Assembly (NCBI GenBank): GCA_023473585.1
Contig: JAMCYU010000005.1
Location: 762-64,761, forward strand
Length of the DNA: 64,000 nucleotides
Source: Patescibacteria group bacterium
GTDB taxonomy: Bacteria > Patescibacteriota > Microgenomatia > JAMCYU01
Direction: 5' to 3'
This document shows positions 9,121 to 17,700 of the stretch, in pieces. Under the pieces are notes generated by a model. The model ran no database searches. It was not told where the DNA came from and worked only from the letters and a program-made list of their open reading frames with translations. The translations under genes were made by a program, and so were the position numbers. Within the stretch, counting starts at the first letter, position 1; each line of letters starts with the position of its first letter.

Positions 9121-10790
9121 TCTTCTAATTTGATGTCTTTGATTTTAAGATCCAATTTTTTTTGTCCTTGCCACTCGTCAACGGATAAAGTATAGGCAAT
9201 GTCAATTTTTTGCTCCCTGGAAAGTTTGGTAAAAAAATCACCTAAACCAAAAGCAACCGCCGAAATGGTTATGGGTAGCGAGTTTTGAGTTATGAGTAAT
9301 CTTAAATGTTTGCCGTCGGCGCCGATTTTTTTGGCTTCCTTAACTAAGACACAACGGCTGACAAAAACCGGTTCGGGATTGCCTAAACCGAAAGGCGCAA
9401 ATTGGGTCAATTTTTCAAAAAGTTCAAAACTTAAGACTTTGAGATTTATCTCGCAATCAAACTTTAAAACTCTGGTTAATTTTTCCTCATCCAGCTCCTG
9501 GTCGGCAATTTCGGTTAAACGTTTTTTAAAAAGTTCCAAGTGTTTCGTTTTAATGGTAAAACCGGCCGCCATCGGGTGTCCGCCGGCATCAATTAAAAGA
9601 TCCTCGGCTTTCCGGATGGTTTCGATAATATTAAAACCGTTAATCGATCTGGCCGATCCCTTGCTGTAGACTTCGCCTTCGGCGATGACGATTGAAGGCC
9701 GGTAAAATTTTTCGACCAATCTTCCGGCGACCAAACCGATGATTCCCTGGTTATAAGACCGGTGGGAAATATAAAGAAGATGGGCTTCTAAAGGACTTAT
9801 CCCCATTTGTTTTTTTAATAAATCTTCGGCGTGAAGAATCGTTTCCTCCATTAGTTTTTGCCGGTCACGATTAGTGACTTCTAATTCCCGAGCTAAACTT
9901 CTGGCCTTATCCTCATCTTTCGTACATAAAAGTCTTAAAGCATCCAGGGCGTGGGTTAATCTGCCCATGGCGTTTAGTCTTGGCGCCAAAACGTGGCTGA
10001 TATCATAAACGCTGATTTTTTCTTTGTTTATCTGCGCCTCTTTGATTAAGGCGTTAAGGCCTAATCTTTGGGTTTTCCTTAATTTTTCCAAACCATATTT
10101 AACCAAGATCCGATTCGTCCCTGTTAAGGAAACCATGTCGGCGACGGTTGCTATCGCTACCAGATCAAGGTAATCTTCGATTTCAAGTTTATCTTTAACG
10201 ATTTCACGCGCCAACATCCAGGCCACTCCTGTCCCGCAAAGATTGGTCGTATGAACAATGGCCAAAGCTTTCGGCCGTTTTTTCGAAGCCACGTGATGAT
10301 CGGTGATAATGACGTCTATGCCCAGTTTTTGGCAGTATTCGATTTTCTCCAGACTGCCGATTCCATGATCAACGGTTAAGATTAAGTCAACATTATATTC
10401 CTGCTTAAGAAAGTCAATGCCTTTTTGGGAAAGTCCGTAGCCTTCTTCAACCCGATGCGGAATATAGGGCATGACTTTCGCCCCCAATCTATATAGGGTT
10501 TCCCACAAAATGGCAGCCCCGCAAACGCCGTCGGCATCATAATCGCCATAAACCACGACCGACTCCTGCTTTTCTATGGCCTTTTTGATTCTTAAAACGG
10601 CTTTCTTCATTTGCAGAGGCTTAATTCCCAAGCTTCTAAAATCCAAACCTGAAGGTTGAGGAGGATTTAAGAAATCATTGATTTCTTTTTTCGTTTTTAA
10701 AAAACGATTCCGAAGAAGAATTTTTAAAATTTCTTCCGGGGTCTTATTTTGTTGACAACTTCCCCGATCAAGCCCTTGCCATTTTTTCAT
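9117..10790 (-). CDS. recJ: single-stranded-DNA-specific exonuclease RecJ
   Basis: 557 aa. DHH phosphoesterase motifs (VVYGDYDADGVCGAAIL, ITDHH) and DHHA1 region. Confidence 0.85.
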   Translation of the reverse strand: MKKWQGLDRGSCQQNKTPEEILKILLRNRFLKTKKEINDFLNPPQPSGLDFRSLGIKPLQMKKAVLRIKKAIEKQESVVVYGDYDADGVCGAAILWETLYRLGAKVMPYIPHRVEEGYGLSQKGIDFLKQEYNVDLILTVDHGIGSLEKIEYCQKLGIDVIITDHHVASKKRPKALAIVHTTNLCGTGVAWMLAREIVKDKLEIEDYLDLVAIATVADMVSLTGTNRILVKYGLEKLRKTQRLGLNALIKEAQINKEKISVYDISHVLAPRLNAMGRLTHALDALRLLCTKDEDKARSLARELEVTNRDRQKLMEETILHAEDLLKKQMGISPLEAHLLYISHRSYNQGIIGLVAGRLVEKFYRPSIVIAEGEVYSKGSARSINGFNIIETIRKAEDLLIDAGGHPMAAGFTIKTKHLELFKKRLTEIADQELDEEKLTRVLKFDCEINLKVLSFELFEKLTQFAPFGLGNPEPVFVSRCVLVKEAKKIGADGKHLRLLITQNSLPITISAVAFGLGDFFTKLSREQKIDIAYTLSVDEWQGQKKLDLKIKDIKLED

Positions 10791-10816
10791 ATATTTATCT
10801 TTGATATAATAACATT

Positions 10817-12151
10817 ATGACCTATAAACTTCCACCTTCAGCGCAAAAAGTCCTGACGACCATGAAAAAAGCCGGTTTCGAAACTTATGCCGTCGGCGGT
10901 TCGGTCAGAGATCTTCTTATGGGAAGACCCACAAAAAATTGGGATTTTACGACTAGCGCTGTTCCTTCGGAGATTTTAAAAATTTACCCCGACGGGTTTT
11001 ATGACAATGCGTTTGGTACCGTCGGTGTCGCCTTAGAAAACGGCGAAATTTACGAAATCACGACTTTTCGGACGGAAAGTAATTACAAGGATCATCGTCA
11101 TCCGGAAAAAGTCTTATGGGGCCAAACTTTGCTAGAAGATTTGGGAAGACGGGACTTTACCGTTGGCGCCATCGCCTTTGACGGCAAAAATTTCATTGAT
11201 CCCTATAACGGCCAAAAAGATCTTAAAGATAAAATTATCCGTACTGTCGGCAACCCCAACCAACGCTTTGCCGAAGACGCGTTAAGACTGATGCGCGCCA
11301 TAAGAATTGCGACCGAACTGGAGTTTTTGCTTGAAGCGGAAACTTTTGCGGCGATTGTCGCTAACGCTGCCTTAATTAGAGAAATATCTTCTGAAAGAGT
11401 CAAGGAAGAACTCTTGAAAATTTTAGCGACCGATCATTCGGCCGACGGCATTGCGCTTTTAAAAAACGCCGGTCTTTTGCAGAAAATTTTGCCGGAAGTT
11501 GAAAAAGGCTTTGGCGTTAACCAGGTTTCACCCGGAAGACACCATCTTTATGATGTCGGCACGCATTCTTTCCTGTCGCTTAAATTTTGTCCGTCTCAAG
11601 ATCCGTTGGTTCGCCTGGCGACTTTAATTCACGATATCGGTAAACCAGCCACTTTTAAACAAGACGAAAAAGGTTTAATTACTTTTTACAATCATGAAGT
11701 TATCGGCGCTTCTTTGGCCCGCCATCTGGCAGACAGACTTAAGCTTTCAAAAAAAGACCGTGACCGTTTAGTTACCATGGTCCGCTGGCATCAATTTTCC
11801 GTTGATGAGAAACAAACCGATTCGGCGTTGCGCCGGTTTATAAGAAGGGTCGGAAAAGAGAATCTTAAAGACATGTTGGATTTACGCATCGGCGATCGCT
11901 TGGGCGGCGGCGCCAGAGAAACTTCTTGGAGATTAAAGCTTTTTATAAAACGCCTGGATGAGGTTCAAAAACAGCCTTTTACCGTCGCCGATCTGAAAGT
12001 TGACGGCCATGATGTTATGGAAATTTTAAATCTTGACTCCGGTCCAAAGGTCGGAGAAATTTTAAATATGTTATTTAATGAAGTCGTCGAAAAAGGTGAA
12101 CCCAACGAAAGAAGTTCTTTATTAAAGAAAATTAAAAACTTAACCTCTTAA
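10817..12151 (+). CDS. cca: CCA-adding tRNA nucleotidyltransferase with HD domain
   Basis: 444 aa. Pol-beta-like GGSVRDLLMG...DFT head, and HD motif region (HSFL...HDIGK). Confidence 0.75.
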   Translation: MTYKLPPSAQKVLTTMKKAGFETYAVGGSVRDLLMGRPTKNWDFTTSAVPSEILKIYPDGFYDNAFGTVGVALENGEIYEITTFRTESNYKDHRHPEKVLWGQTLLEDLGRRDFTVGAIAFDGKNFIDPYNGQKDLKDKIIRTVGNPNQRFAEDALRLMRAIRIATELEFLLEAETFAAIVANAALIREISSERVKEELLKILATDHSADGIALLKNAGLLQKILPEVEKGFGVNQVSPGRHHLYDVGTHSFLSLKFCPSQDPLVRLATLIHDIGKPATFKQDEKGLITFYNHEVIGASLARHLADRLKLSKKDRDRLVTMVRWHQFSVDEKQTDSALRRFIRRVGKENLKDMLDLRIGDRLGGGARETSWRLKLFIKRLDEVQKQPFTVADLKVDGHDVMEILNLDSGPKVGEILNMLFNEVVEKGEPNERSSLLKKIKNLTS

Positions 12152-13033
12152 CTTTCTTTTTCTCTCTTCCCATTTTTGCCAGAGAACCAGAATCGGGGTG
12201 GCCACAAAGGGCGAGGAATAAGTGCCGGAAATCGTTCCAACCAAAAGAGCCAAGATAAAAAATTTCGTTGTTTGTCCGCCCAAAAGCAAAAGCGCCAAAA
12301 GCATAAAAACAATCGTTAGAGAATTATTTAAAGACCTTCCCATCGTTTCCGTGACCGCTTTATTTGTCATGGTTTCAAAATCGCCCCCGGGATTTTTCCT
12401 TAAAGTTTCCCTGATTCTATCAAAAACGACAATCGTATCGTGAACAGAAAAGCTCATGGTGGTTAAAACCGCCGTTACAAAAAGCGTGTCGATTTCAACT
12501 TTCCAAAAATGTCCCAAAAGGGAAAAAATTCCCACCATAACCAAAACATCATGGAAAAGCGCCAAAATCGCGGAAACGCCGAATTTTAAATTTTTAAAAG
12601 CATAAGCCACGTAAGAGAGAATACCCAAAATGGCTAAGATCGCCGCAATAAAGGTTTTTTGTAAAAGTTCCTGACCTAAAATCGGGCCGACGGTCTCAAA
12701 TCTCGTTTGCTGAATTGGAGGATATTCTTTTTTCAAAACTTCTATGATCTTTTCATTTTGCTCCGAAGTTATCGTTTTTAATCTTAGCAAACAAGTTTTT
12801 TCTCCTGACGACTGAAGAGTTCCTAAATCAACATTATTTTCCGAAAAAATTTGTCTCACTTTAGCAGCCACCCCAGCGTCCTGGCATTGAACATTGGTTA
12901 TTTCCATTAGGGTTCCGCCGACAAAATCAATTGAGGGTTTAAAACCCCATTTGAAAAGAGAAAAAAGACCGGGAACTAAAACCAAACTTGAGATTAAAAG
13001 ATAGACCCATTTATAACGCATAAAAGGAATCAT
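12140..13033 (-). CDS. secF: protein translocase subunit SecF
   Basis: 297 aa. Polytopic, with SecD/SecF family conserved region. Overlaps secD by 4 nt. Confidence 0.85.
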   Translation of the reverse strand: MIPFMRYKWVYLLISSLVLVPGLFSLFKWGFKPSIDFVGGTLMEITNVQCQDAGVAAKVRQIFSENNVDLGTLQSSGEKTCLLRLKTITSEQNEKIIEVLKKEYPPIQQTRFETVGPILGQELLQKTFIAAILAILGILSYVAYAFKNLKFGVSAILALFHDVLVMVGIFSLLGHFWKVEIDTLFVTAVLTTMSFSVHDTIVVFDRIRETLRKNPGGDFETMTNKAVTETMGRSLNNSLTIVFMLLALLLLGGQTTKFFILALLVGTISGTYSSPFVATPILVLWQKWEERKRKLRG

Positions 13034-14400
13034 TTTTGTACCTGGGAAGACATAAAGCCTTTCCAGCTCCCTTTAAAAAAGACGCGGATTAAAGTTCTGG
13101 TGACAATAATCCCCGTAAATAAACTCAGCAAAACACCGACGGCCAAATTAAGAGCAAAACCCCTAACCATACCAAATGAAGGTAAAAAACCCCAACCCAT
13201 GGGGTTAAAAAGTATAAAACAGGTTAAAAGAGTCGTAAAATTAGCATCCCTGATTGAATCCCAGGCCCGGCCAAAACCCAATTCCATGGCTATCTGCCAC
13301 TGTTTTCCGCTTCTTAATTCTTCCTTCATTCTTTCGAAAATTAAAATATTGGCATCAACGGCCATCCCGATTGATAAAATAAAACCGGCAATCCCGGGCA
13401 AAGTTAGAGTGATGGGTATTATTTTAAATATCGCCAACGATAAAAGACCGTAAATCATCAAAGCGACATCCGCTAAAAAACCCAAAGAGCCATAATACAA
13501 CCACATAAAGACCATGACCATGCCTAAACCAAGAGCGCCGGCGCGGAGACTTTTTTGCACCGATTCCTGTCCCAGGGTTGCGCCCACCGATCGCTCTTCC
13601 AAAACTTTAATCGGCACCGGCAAAGCTCCGGCATTAAGTTGTCGGGCCAGTTTTTTAGCCTCATCCGTCGTAAACTGACCGGTAATTCTGCCCTTACCGC
13701 CGGTAATGGGTTCCTGAACCGTCGGATCAGAAATAATCTTTTCATCAAGAAAGATCGGCATTCTTTGATTAACCAGTCTCGTGGTTAAATCACTGAATTT
13801 TTTGCCGCCTTCATCGGTAAATTCAATCGCCACATAAGGATTACCGTCATTGGGATCAAATTCAATCGCAGCTCTTTTCAAATCTTTGCCGGTAATTCCG
13901 GTTTCCTTGGTATTGTTAAGGGAAAAATCGGCACTCTGGGTCGAAATCCATTCACGAAACTCCAATTTGGCGGTTTGACCGATCTCCGCTATCGCCCTGT
14001 CTTTCTCTTTAATTCCGGGAAGCTCGACAATGATTCGAAAACTTTCGCCGACTTTAGCCGACTGAACAACGGGTTCAGTCAAACCATAAAAATTAACCCG
14101 GCGTTCGATCACCGATCTGGCAGAATCCAAAGCCTGATTCCGATCTTGATCCTTAATCTCTTTCATGTCCGCTTCAAGAATTAAATGAGTTCCTCCCTGA
14201 AGATCCAAACCCAAATGGGTATAGATTTCTTTACTGATTTTAAAACTGCCCAAAGCAAAATTAAAATCAGGGGCGGAAATAACCTGGTCAATTTTAAATT
14301 GACCCAAAGTCAGTTTCAAAGGATAGTTTTTAGGTAAATCAATAAAAAAAGACAAAACCGTCAAGAAGATAATTAAAAGTAAAAGCCTTTGTGGTCTCAT
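13030..14400 (-). CDS. secD: protein translocase subunit SecD
   Basis: 456 aa. N-terminal TM, large periplasmic domain, C-terminal 6-TM SecD_SecF domain. Confidence 0.85.
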   Translation of the reverse strand: MRPQRLLLLIIFLTVLSFFIDLPKNYPLKLTLGQFKIDQVISAPDFNFALGSFKISKEIYTHLGLDLQGGTHLILEADMKEIKDQDRNQALDSARSVIERRVNFYGLTEPVVQSAKVGESFRIIVELPGIKEKDRAIAEIGQTAKLEFREWISTQSADFSLNNTKETGITGKDLKRAAIEFDPNDGNPYVAIEFTDEGGKKFSDLTTRLVNQRMPIFLDEKIISDPTVQEPITGGKGRITGQFTTDEAKKLARQLNAGALPVPIKVLEERSVGATLGQESVQKSLRAGALGLGMVMVFMWLYYGSLGFLADVALMIYGLLSLAIFKIIPITLTLPGIAGFILSIGMAVDANILIFERMKEELRSGKQWQIAMELGFGRAWDSIRDANFTTLLTCFILFNPMGWGFLPSFGMVRGFALNLAVGVLLSLFTGIIVTRTLIRVFFKGSWKGFMSSQVQK

Positions 14401-14443
14401 GAGGGCATTATATAATATCTAAAAGAGATGTCAAAGATAAAAT

Positions 14444-14644
14444 TTAAGTTTTTTTTCTCAAAGAGAGAATATTTTCGGAAAGAGGCAATTGTTGAGCTCC
14501 GAAAAATTTATACAAAATTTCGGCTTTTTCCGGCCGGGCAAAAACTTTAACGCTCTCGCCGGCTTTAATGCCCAAACTTTTACCAAAATCCGCCGGCACC
14601 ACGACCGCCAGACTGTTTCCGGTTTTTAAGATTTTTTGGACCAT
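14444..14644 (-). CDS. AbrB/MazE/SpoVT-domain small DNA-binding protein
   Basis: 66 aa. KTGNSLAVVVPADFGKSLGIKAGESVKV matches the swapped-hairpin AbrB/MazE fold. Its start directly abuts the upstream gene's stop. Confidence 0.6.
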   Translation of the reverse strand: MVQKILKTGNSLAVVVPADFGKSLGIKAGESVKVFARPEKAEILYKFFGAQQLPLSENILSLRKKT

Positions 14645-15220
14645 TTAGGAAATCAACTCCTCCTCATCACCTATGATCATAACGCGTAACCCGCTTAGAA
14701 TATCGGTGATAAAAGGATCGCGTCTTTTCTTGCGAAATTCAAACTCGTCTTCGGTCATCACCGTATAATTAATTTCCTTGTCGCGCCTGGCCTCTTCACT
14801 CCGAACAATTTGGGCCAATTCCGGTAAAACGATGTTGCCGACAACCAAAAGGTCAACTTTTTCTCCGGTAGCTTGCGTGCCGCGGATAAAATTTCCGGAT
14901 AACATCGCAAATTTAACTCTGCCCAGTTTGGCTCTGTTTTTAAGAAGATCAAAACCCAAGCCTTTGGTTTTGGCCACCAATTCTAAGAGCTCGAAATAAA
15001 GAGGATAATCGCGGCGAAAAGTATAATAAAGCCTGTTGGCACGGGGCTCTTTAGAAACCATGCTCGCCTTCTCCATATGAGCCAATTCCCTTCTTACGGC
15101 ATTGATTTCCTCGTCGGTCTGTCTGACCATTTCTCTAACATGGAAAATTTTACCGGGACTTCCTAAAAAAAGTTCAAGAAGTTTAACCCGAACGCGAGAG
15201 ATAATTAAATCCTCAAGCAT
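14645..15220 (-). CDS. winged-HTH protein fused to a degenerate minimal-nucleotidyltransferase-like domain
   Basis: 191 aa. N-terminal wHTH-like helix pattern. C-terminal SGNFIRGTQATGEKVDLLVVG aligns to the Pol-beta NTase motif GSxxRG...[DE]hDhh, but the first catalytic Asp is replaced by Lys. Confidence 0.45.
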   Translation of the reverse strand: MLEDLIISRVRVKLLELFLGSPGKIFHVREMVRQTDEEINAVRRELAHMEKASMVSKEPRANRLYYTFRRDYPLYFELLELVAKTKGLGFDLLKNRAKLGRVKFAMLSGNFIRGTQATGEKVDLLVVGNIVLPELAQIVRSEEARRDKEINYTVMTEDEFEFRKKRRDPFITDILSGLRVMIIGDEEELIS

Positions 15221-15263
15221 AGACTCTCCTTTTCGGGCAGTCCGCCATTCTTGGCGGAAAAAA

Positions 15264-16436
15264 TTATTGATATTTAATTTCTGTCCCTGTGGCTAAAACC
15301 TCGAGCCAAATTTGCCCTCGATTAAATTCAATTTCCTTACCCTTACTGTCATAAAATTTCGTTCTGGCGGTTCTGGATTTTTTCTGCCAGGTTCCTTCAA
15401 TTTTCTGGCCGTCGAGTAAAATTGCTGCCTTGCCGCTTCCAATCGTCTCGTAAAGAACATGAGCGTGTTCATCAACGCCGTCGGTTTCTTTGGTAAACTG
15501 CAAAACAATATTTTTGGCTGTTAATTGCTGATTTTCTTCTAAATCATTATGAGGAACACCGCCATTAAAACGTTTATAGCTGTTTTCCGACTTATTATAT
15601 TCCCAACGGACACCATATTCTTTTTCGTAACCCTTCCAGGCGGCAAATTCGGCAGAAAAAGTGGCCGGCCGATCGGCTTCCTTGGCATCGTCTTTAAATT
15701 TCCAGGGTTCAAAAGATTTATTCCAGGCAATTCCGTCCTCATCAACATTCGTCCACTTTTTTTCCTTGGCGATGTCATATAAATTATCGGAAAGACAGAT
15801 CATTTGGTGTTCGGTCGCGACCGGGTGATTAAGCCGGTCGGGATTACGGTAACAATCGGGGAAACCAATCCCGAACTGGTCTAAATCTTTAATCCCATAT
15901 TGATCAATTTGACAAAGGGCTTTAGCCCGAGGATCAACCGTCGGGTCATTACACCGGCCGGCGCCACCGACATGATTATATAAAGCGTCATATTCGGAGA
16001 CCCAATCAACGAAATAAGTCCGAGCGGAACGAACCGGACCCATGGTTAAATTTTTCGCCGCGACAGCGCAATAAAAAACGCCCATAAATCTGGTAATCCC
16101 ACCTTCGGCAACGGCTTCATAAATAATATCGGCTCTGGCTAAGCCCGATTGGGGTCTGGCTTCGACGTGATTTTCAATCATGACCGCCAGGGGCCGGCGC
16201 GTCTCCCAAACATCTTTTTCATTTTTCGTGAATTTAGCGCCGTTTAAAATACAGGTTTCCGTTTTTGGCCCGGAAATATCAAATTTAAAACCGGTCGCTT
16301 TGTCAGCCAACGGCGAGGCCACTTCTTGAGCGCCTCTGGTTTTTAAAGAATTAAAAACGGCGTAAGAAAGACCGGTCGAAACTAAATAAAGGACTAAACC
16401 CGTCACGATTGATAAAACTAGTTTCTTTTTTTCCAT
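15264..16436 (-). CDS. DUF3048-family (YerB-like) secreted/lipoprotein
   Basis: 390 aa. Signal peptide, then PLAVMIENHVEARPQSGL...ADIIYE...EGGITRF, typical of DUF3048. Confidence 0.6.
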   Translation of the reverse strand: MEKKKLVLSIVTGLVLYLVSTGLSYAVFNSLKTRGAQEVASPLADKATGFKFDISGPKTETCILNGAKFTKNEKDVWETRRPLAVMIENHVEARPQSGLARADIIYEAVAEGGITRFMGVFYCAVAAKNLTMGPVRSARTYFVDWVSEYDALYNHVGGAGRCNDPTVDPRAKALCQIDQYGIKDLDQFGIGFPDCYRNPDRLNHPVATEHQMICLSDNLYDIAKEKKWTNVDEDGIAWNKSFEPWKFKDDAKEADRPATFSAEFAAWKGYEKEYGVRWEYNKSENSYKRFNGGVPHNDLEENQQLTAKNIVLQFTKETDGVDEHAHVLYETIGSGKAAILLDGQKIEGTWQKKSRTARTKFYDSKGKEIEFNRGQIWLEVLATGTEIKYQ

Positions 16437-16450
16437 TTTTACTCCTTTGT

Positions 16451-16927
16451 TTAAGAAATCTTTTCAGCTATTCTAATTGTTTCTTTTTCTTCATGGGAAA
16501 GCTCATGTTCCTTTCCCTGTCCCTTGCTGATCGTTTTTCCGTACCATCTGGTTCCTGTCCGACCATGAAGAGAGGTTAAAACCACACCGTCATTTTCTCC
16601 GTTTAAAAGGGCTAAAACAAAACTCTGGTCGCTGCCGACCTCGTTAAAAGGATTGAAACGCAAAAGACCGACCTTCTGAATATGAGTTAAACTTTCAATT
16701 TTCTGTAATTCCGTTTTTTTCTTTAATTCCTCAATCTGCTGTTTTGAAATTTCCATGTCTTTCAAAATCTTTTCGAGAATTTCGCTTAGATTTTTTTTAT
16801 TTGTTCTGGCAATCAACCGATTATAATGTTTTTTTAATTTGAAATAGAGAAAAGAGAGAATCCCAAGCCAGACAAAGAAAACTGACAGAATAAAGAAAAC
16901 TGCTTGTTGGTTTAAATTGAACACCAT
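16451..16927 (-). CDS. DUF4446-family membrane protein
   Basis: 158 aa. N-terminal TM, then LRFNPF...GSDQSF...LNGENDGVVLTSL motif as in DUF4446. Confidence 0.55.
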   Translation of the reverse strand: MVFNLNQQAVFFILSVFFVWLGILSFLYFKLKKHYNRLIARTNKKNLSEILEKILKDMEISKQQIEELKKKTELQKIESLTHIQKVGLLRFNPFNEVGSDQSFVLALLNGENDGVVLTSLHGRTGTRWYGKTISKGQGKEHELSHEEKETIRIAEKIS

Positions 16928-17027
16928 CGTTGCTCAGCCATTGTATTAACTTCCTACTTTTTTGTCAAGACATTAATTCAGTTGTTTTATTTGACTTTAT
17001 GATCACAAATATGCTATATCTTTTTTC

Positions 17028-17345
17028 GTGCCTAAAAAAACCAGACAAGAAAAAATTATTGCCGAATTGCGTAGAAAACTTGAAACCACAAAAGCTCAAG
17101 GCCCGGAAACGGAACCAAGAATTACCGATCTTCGGGTAGATCAAAAGATTAATTCAGGCTATCGTTTACCCGACCAACCAATATCTTCTCCAAAGACATC
17201 AACGATAACAATGCCGTCAACGGCAGACATTATAAGAGACCTTAAAAAAACTTTTTTGTTGACCGGACTTGCAATCAGCTTTGAAATTATAGTATATTGG
17301 TTGACAGAACTTGGCGGAAATAAATTATTACATATTTTTAAATAG
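17028..17345 (+). CDS. hypothetical small protein with C-terminal TM segment
   Basis: ORF track, 105 aa. No homology recognised. Could be non-coding. Confidence 0.3.
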   Translation: MPKKTRQEKIIAELRRKLETTKAQGPETEPRITDLRVDQKINSGYRLPDQPISSPKTSTITMPSTADIIRDLKKTFLLTGLAISFEIIVYWLTELGGNKLLHIFK

Positions 17346-17476
17346 TTCACAGAGTAACAAGATATAATCTGCGGCAAGCGTTGGTTAGAGAGTGCCGCTT
17401 GCCGTATCAATTTAGGGAAAATCGTTGGGAAAAAACCGCTAGGTTTTGTCCCATTTGAAGGGAGGTGAAGAAATTT

Positions 17477-17620
17477 ATGGCCAGTATGTATTGTGTTAAA
17501 TGCCGCGCCAAAAGAGATGATCCGAACGCACAACCAGTCACGATGAAAAATGGCAAACCAGCTTTAAAAGGCAAGTGTCCGGTCTGCGGTACGGGTATGT
17601 ATAAGATAGGCGCCGCGTAA
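17477..17620 (+). CDS. small zinc-ribbon protein (DUF5679-like), 47 aa: MASMYCVKCRAKRDDPNAQPVTMKNGKPALKGKCPVCGTGMYKIGAA
   Basis: Found by hand, below the ORF-track size cutoff. SD GGAGGTGA 8 nt upstream. Two CxxC pairs. Followed by an intrinsic terminator. Confidence 0.6.
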   Translation: MASMYCVKCRAKRDDPNAQPVTMKNGKPALKGKCPVCGTGMYKIGAA

Positions 17621-17660
17621 ATCTCTTAATTTCTTTAGGAGATCTTTTAAAGAAAATTAA

Positions 17661-17700
17661 AAAACCCGACCTTTTATTTTTTGGTCGGGTTTTGGGTTTT
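17661..17700. terminator. bidirectional rho-independent terminator
   Basis: AAAACCCGACC-tttta-ttttttGGTCGGGTTTTgggttttt, with A-run 5' and T-run 3'. Serves the convergent small gene (+) and the YifB gene (-). Confidence 0.6.

Noticed and set aside
12140-12151. Possible mobile elements, integrases or transposases anywhere in the window
   Set aside because: No transposase or integrase-like ORF, no terminal inverted repeats flanking a gene block, and no tRNA-adjacent integrase were found. The inserted clusters carry housekeeping-like envelope genes rather than mobility genes.
17159-17533. 124-aa minus-strand ORF
   Set aside because: It is antisense to a well-formed small zinc-ribbon gene with SD and terminator, and to an upstream leader hairpin. 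No family resemblance.
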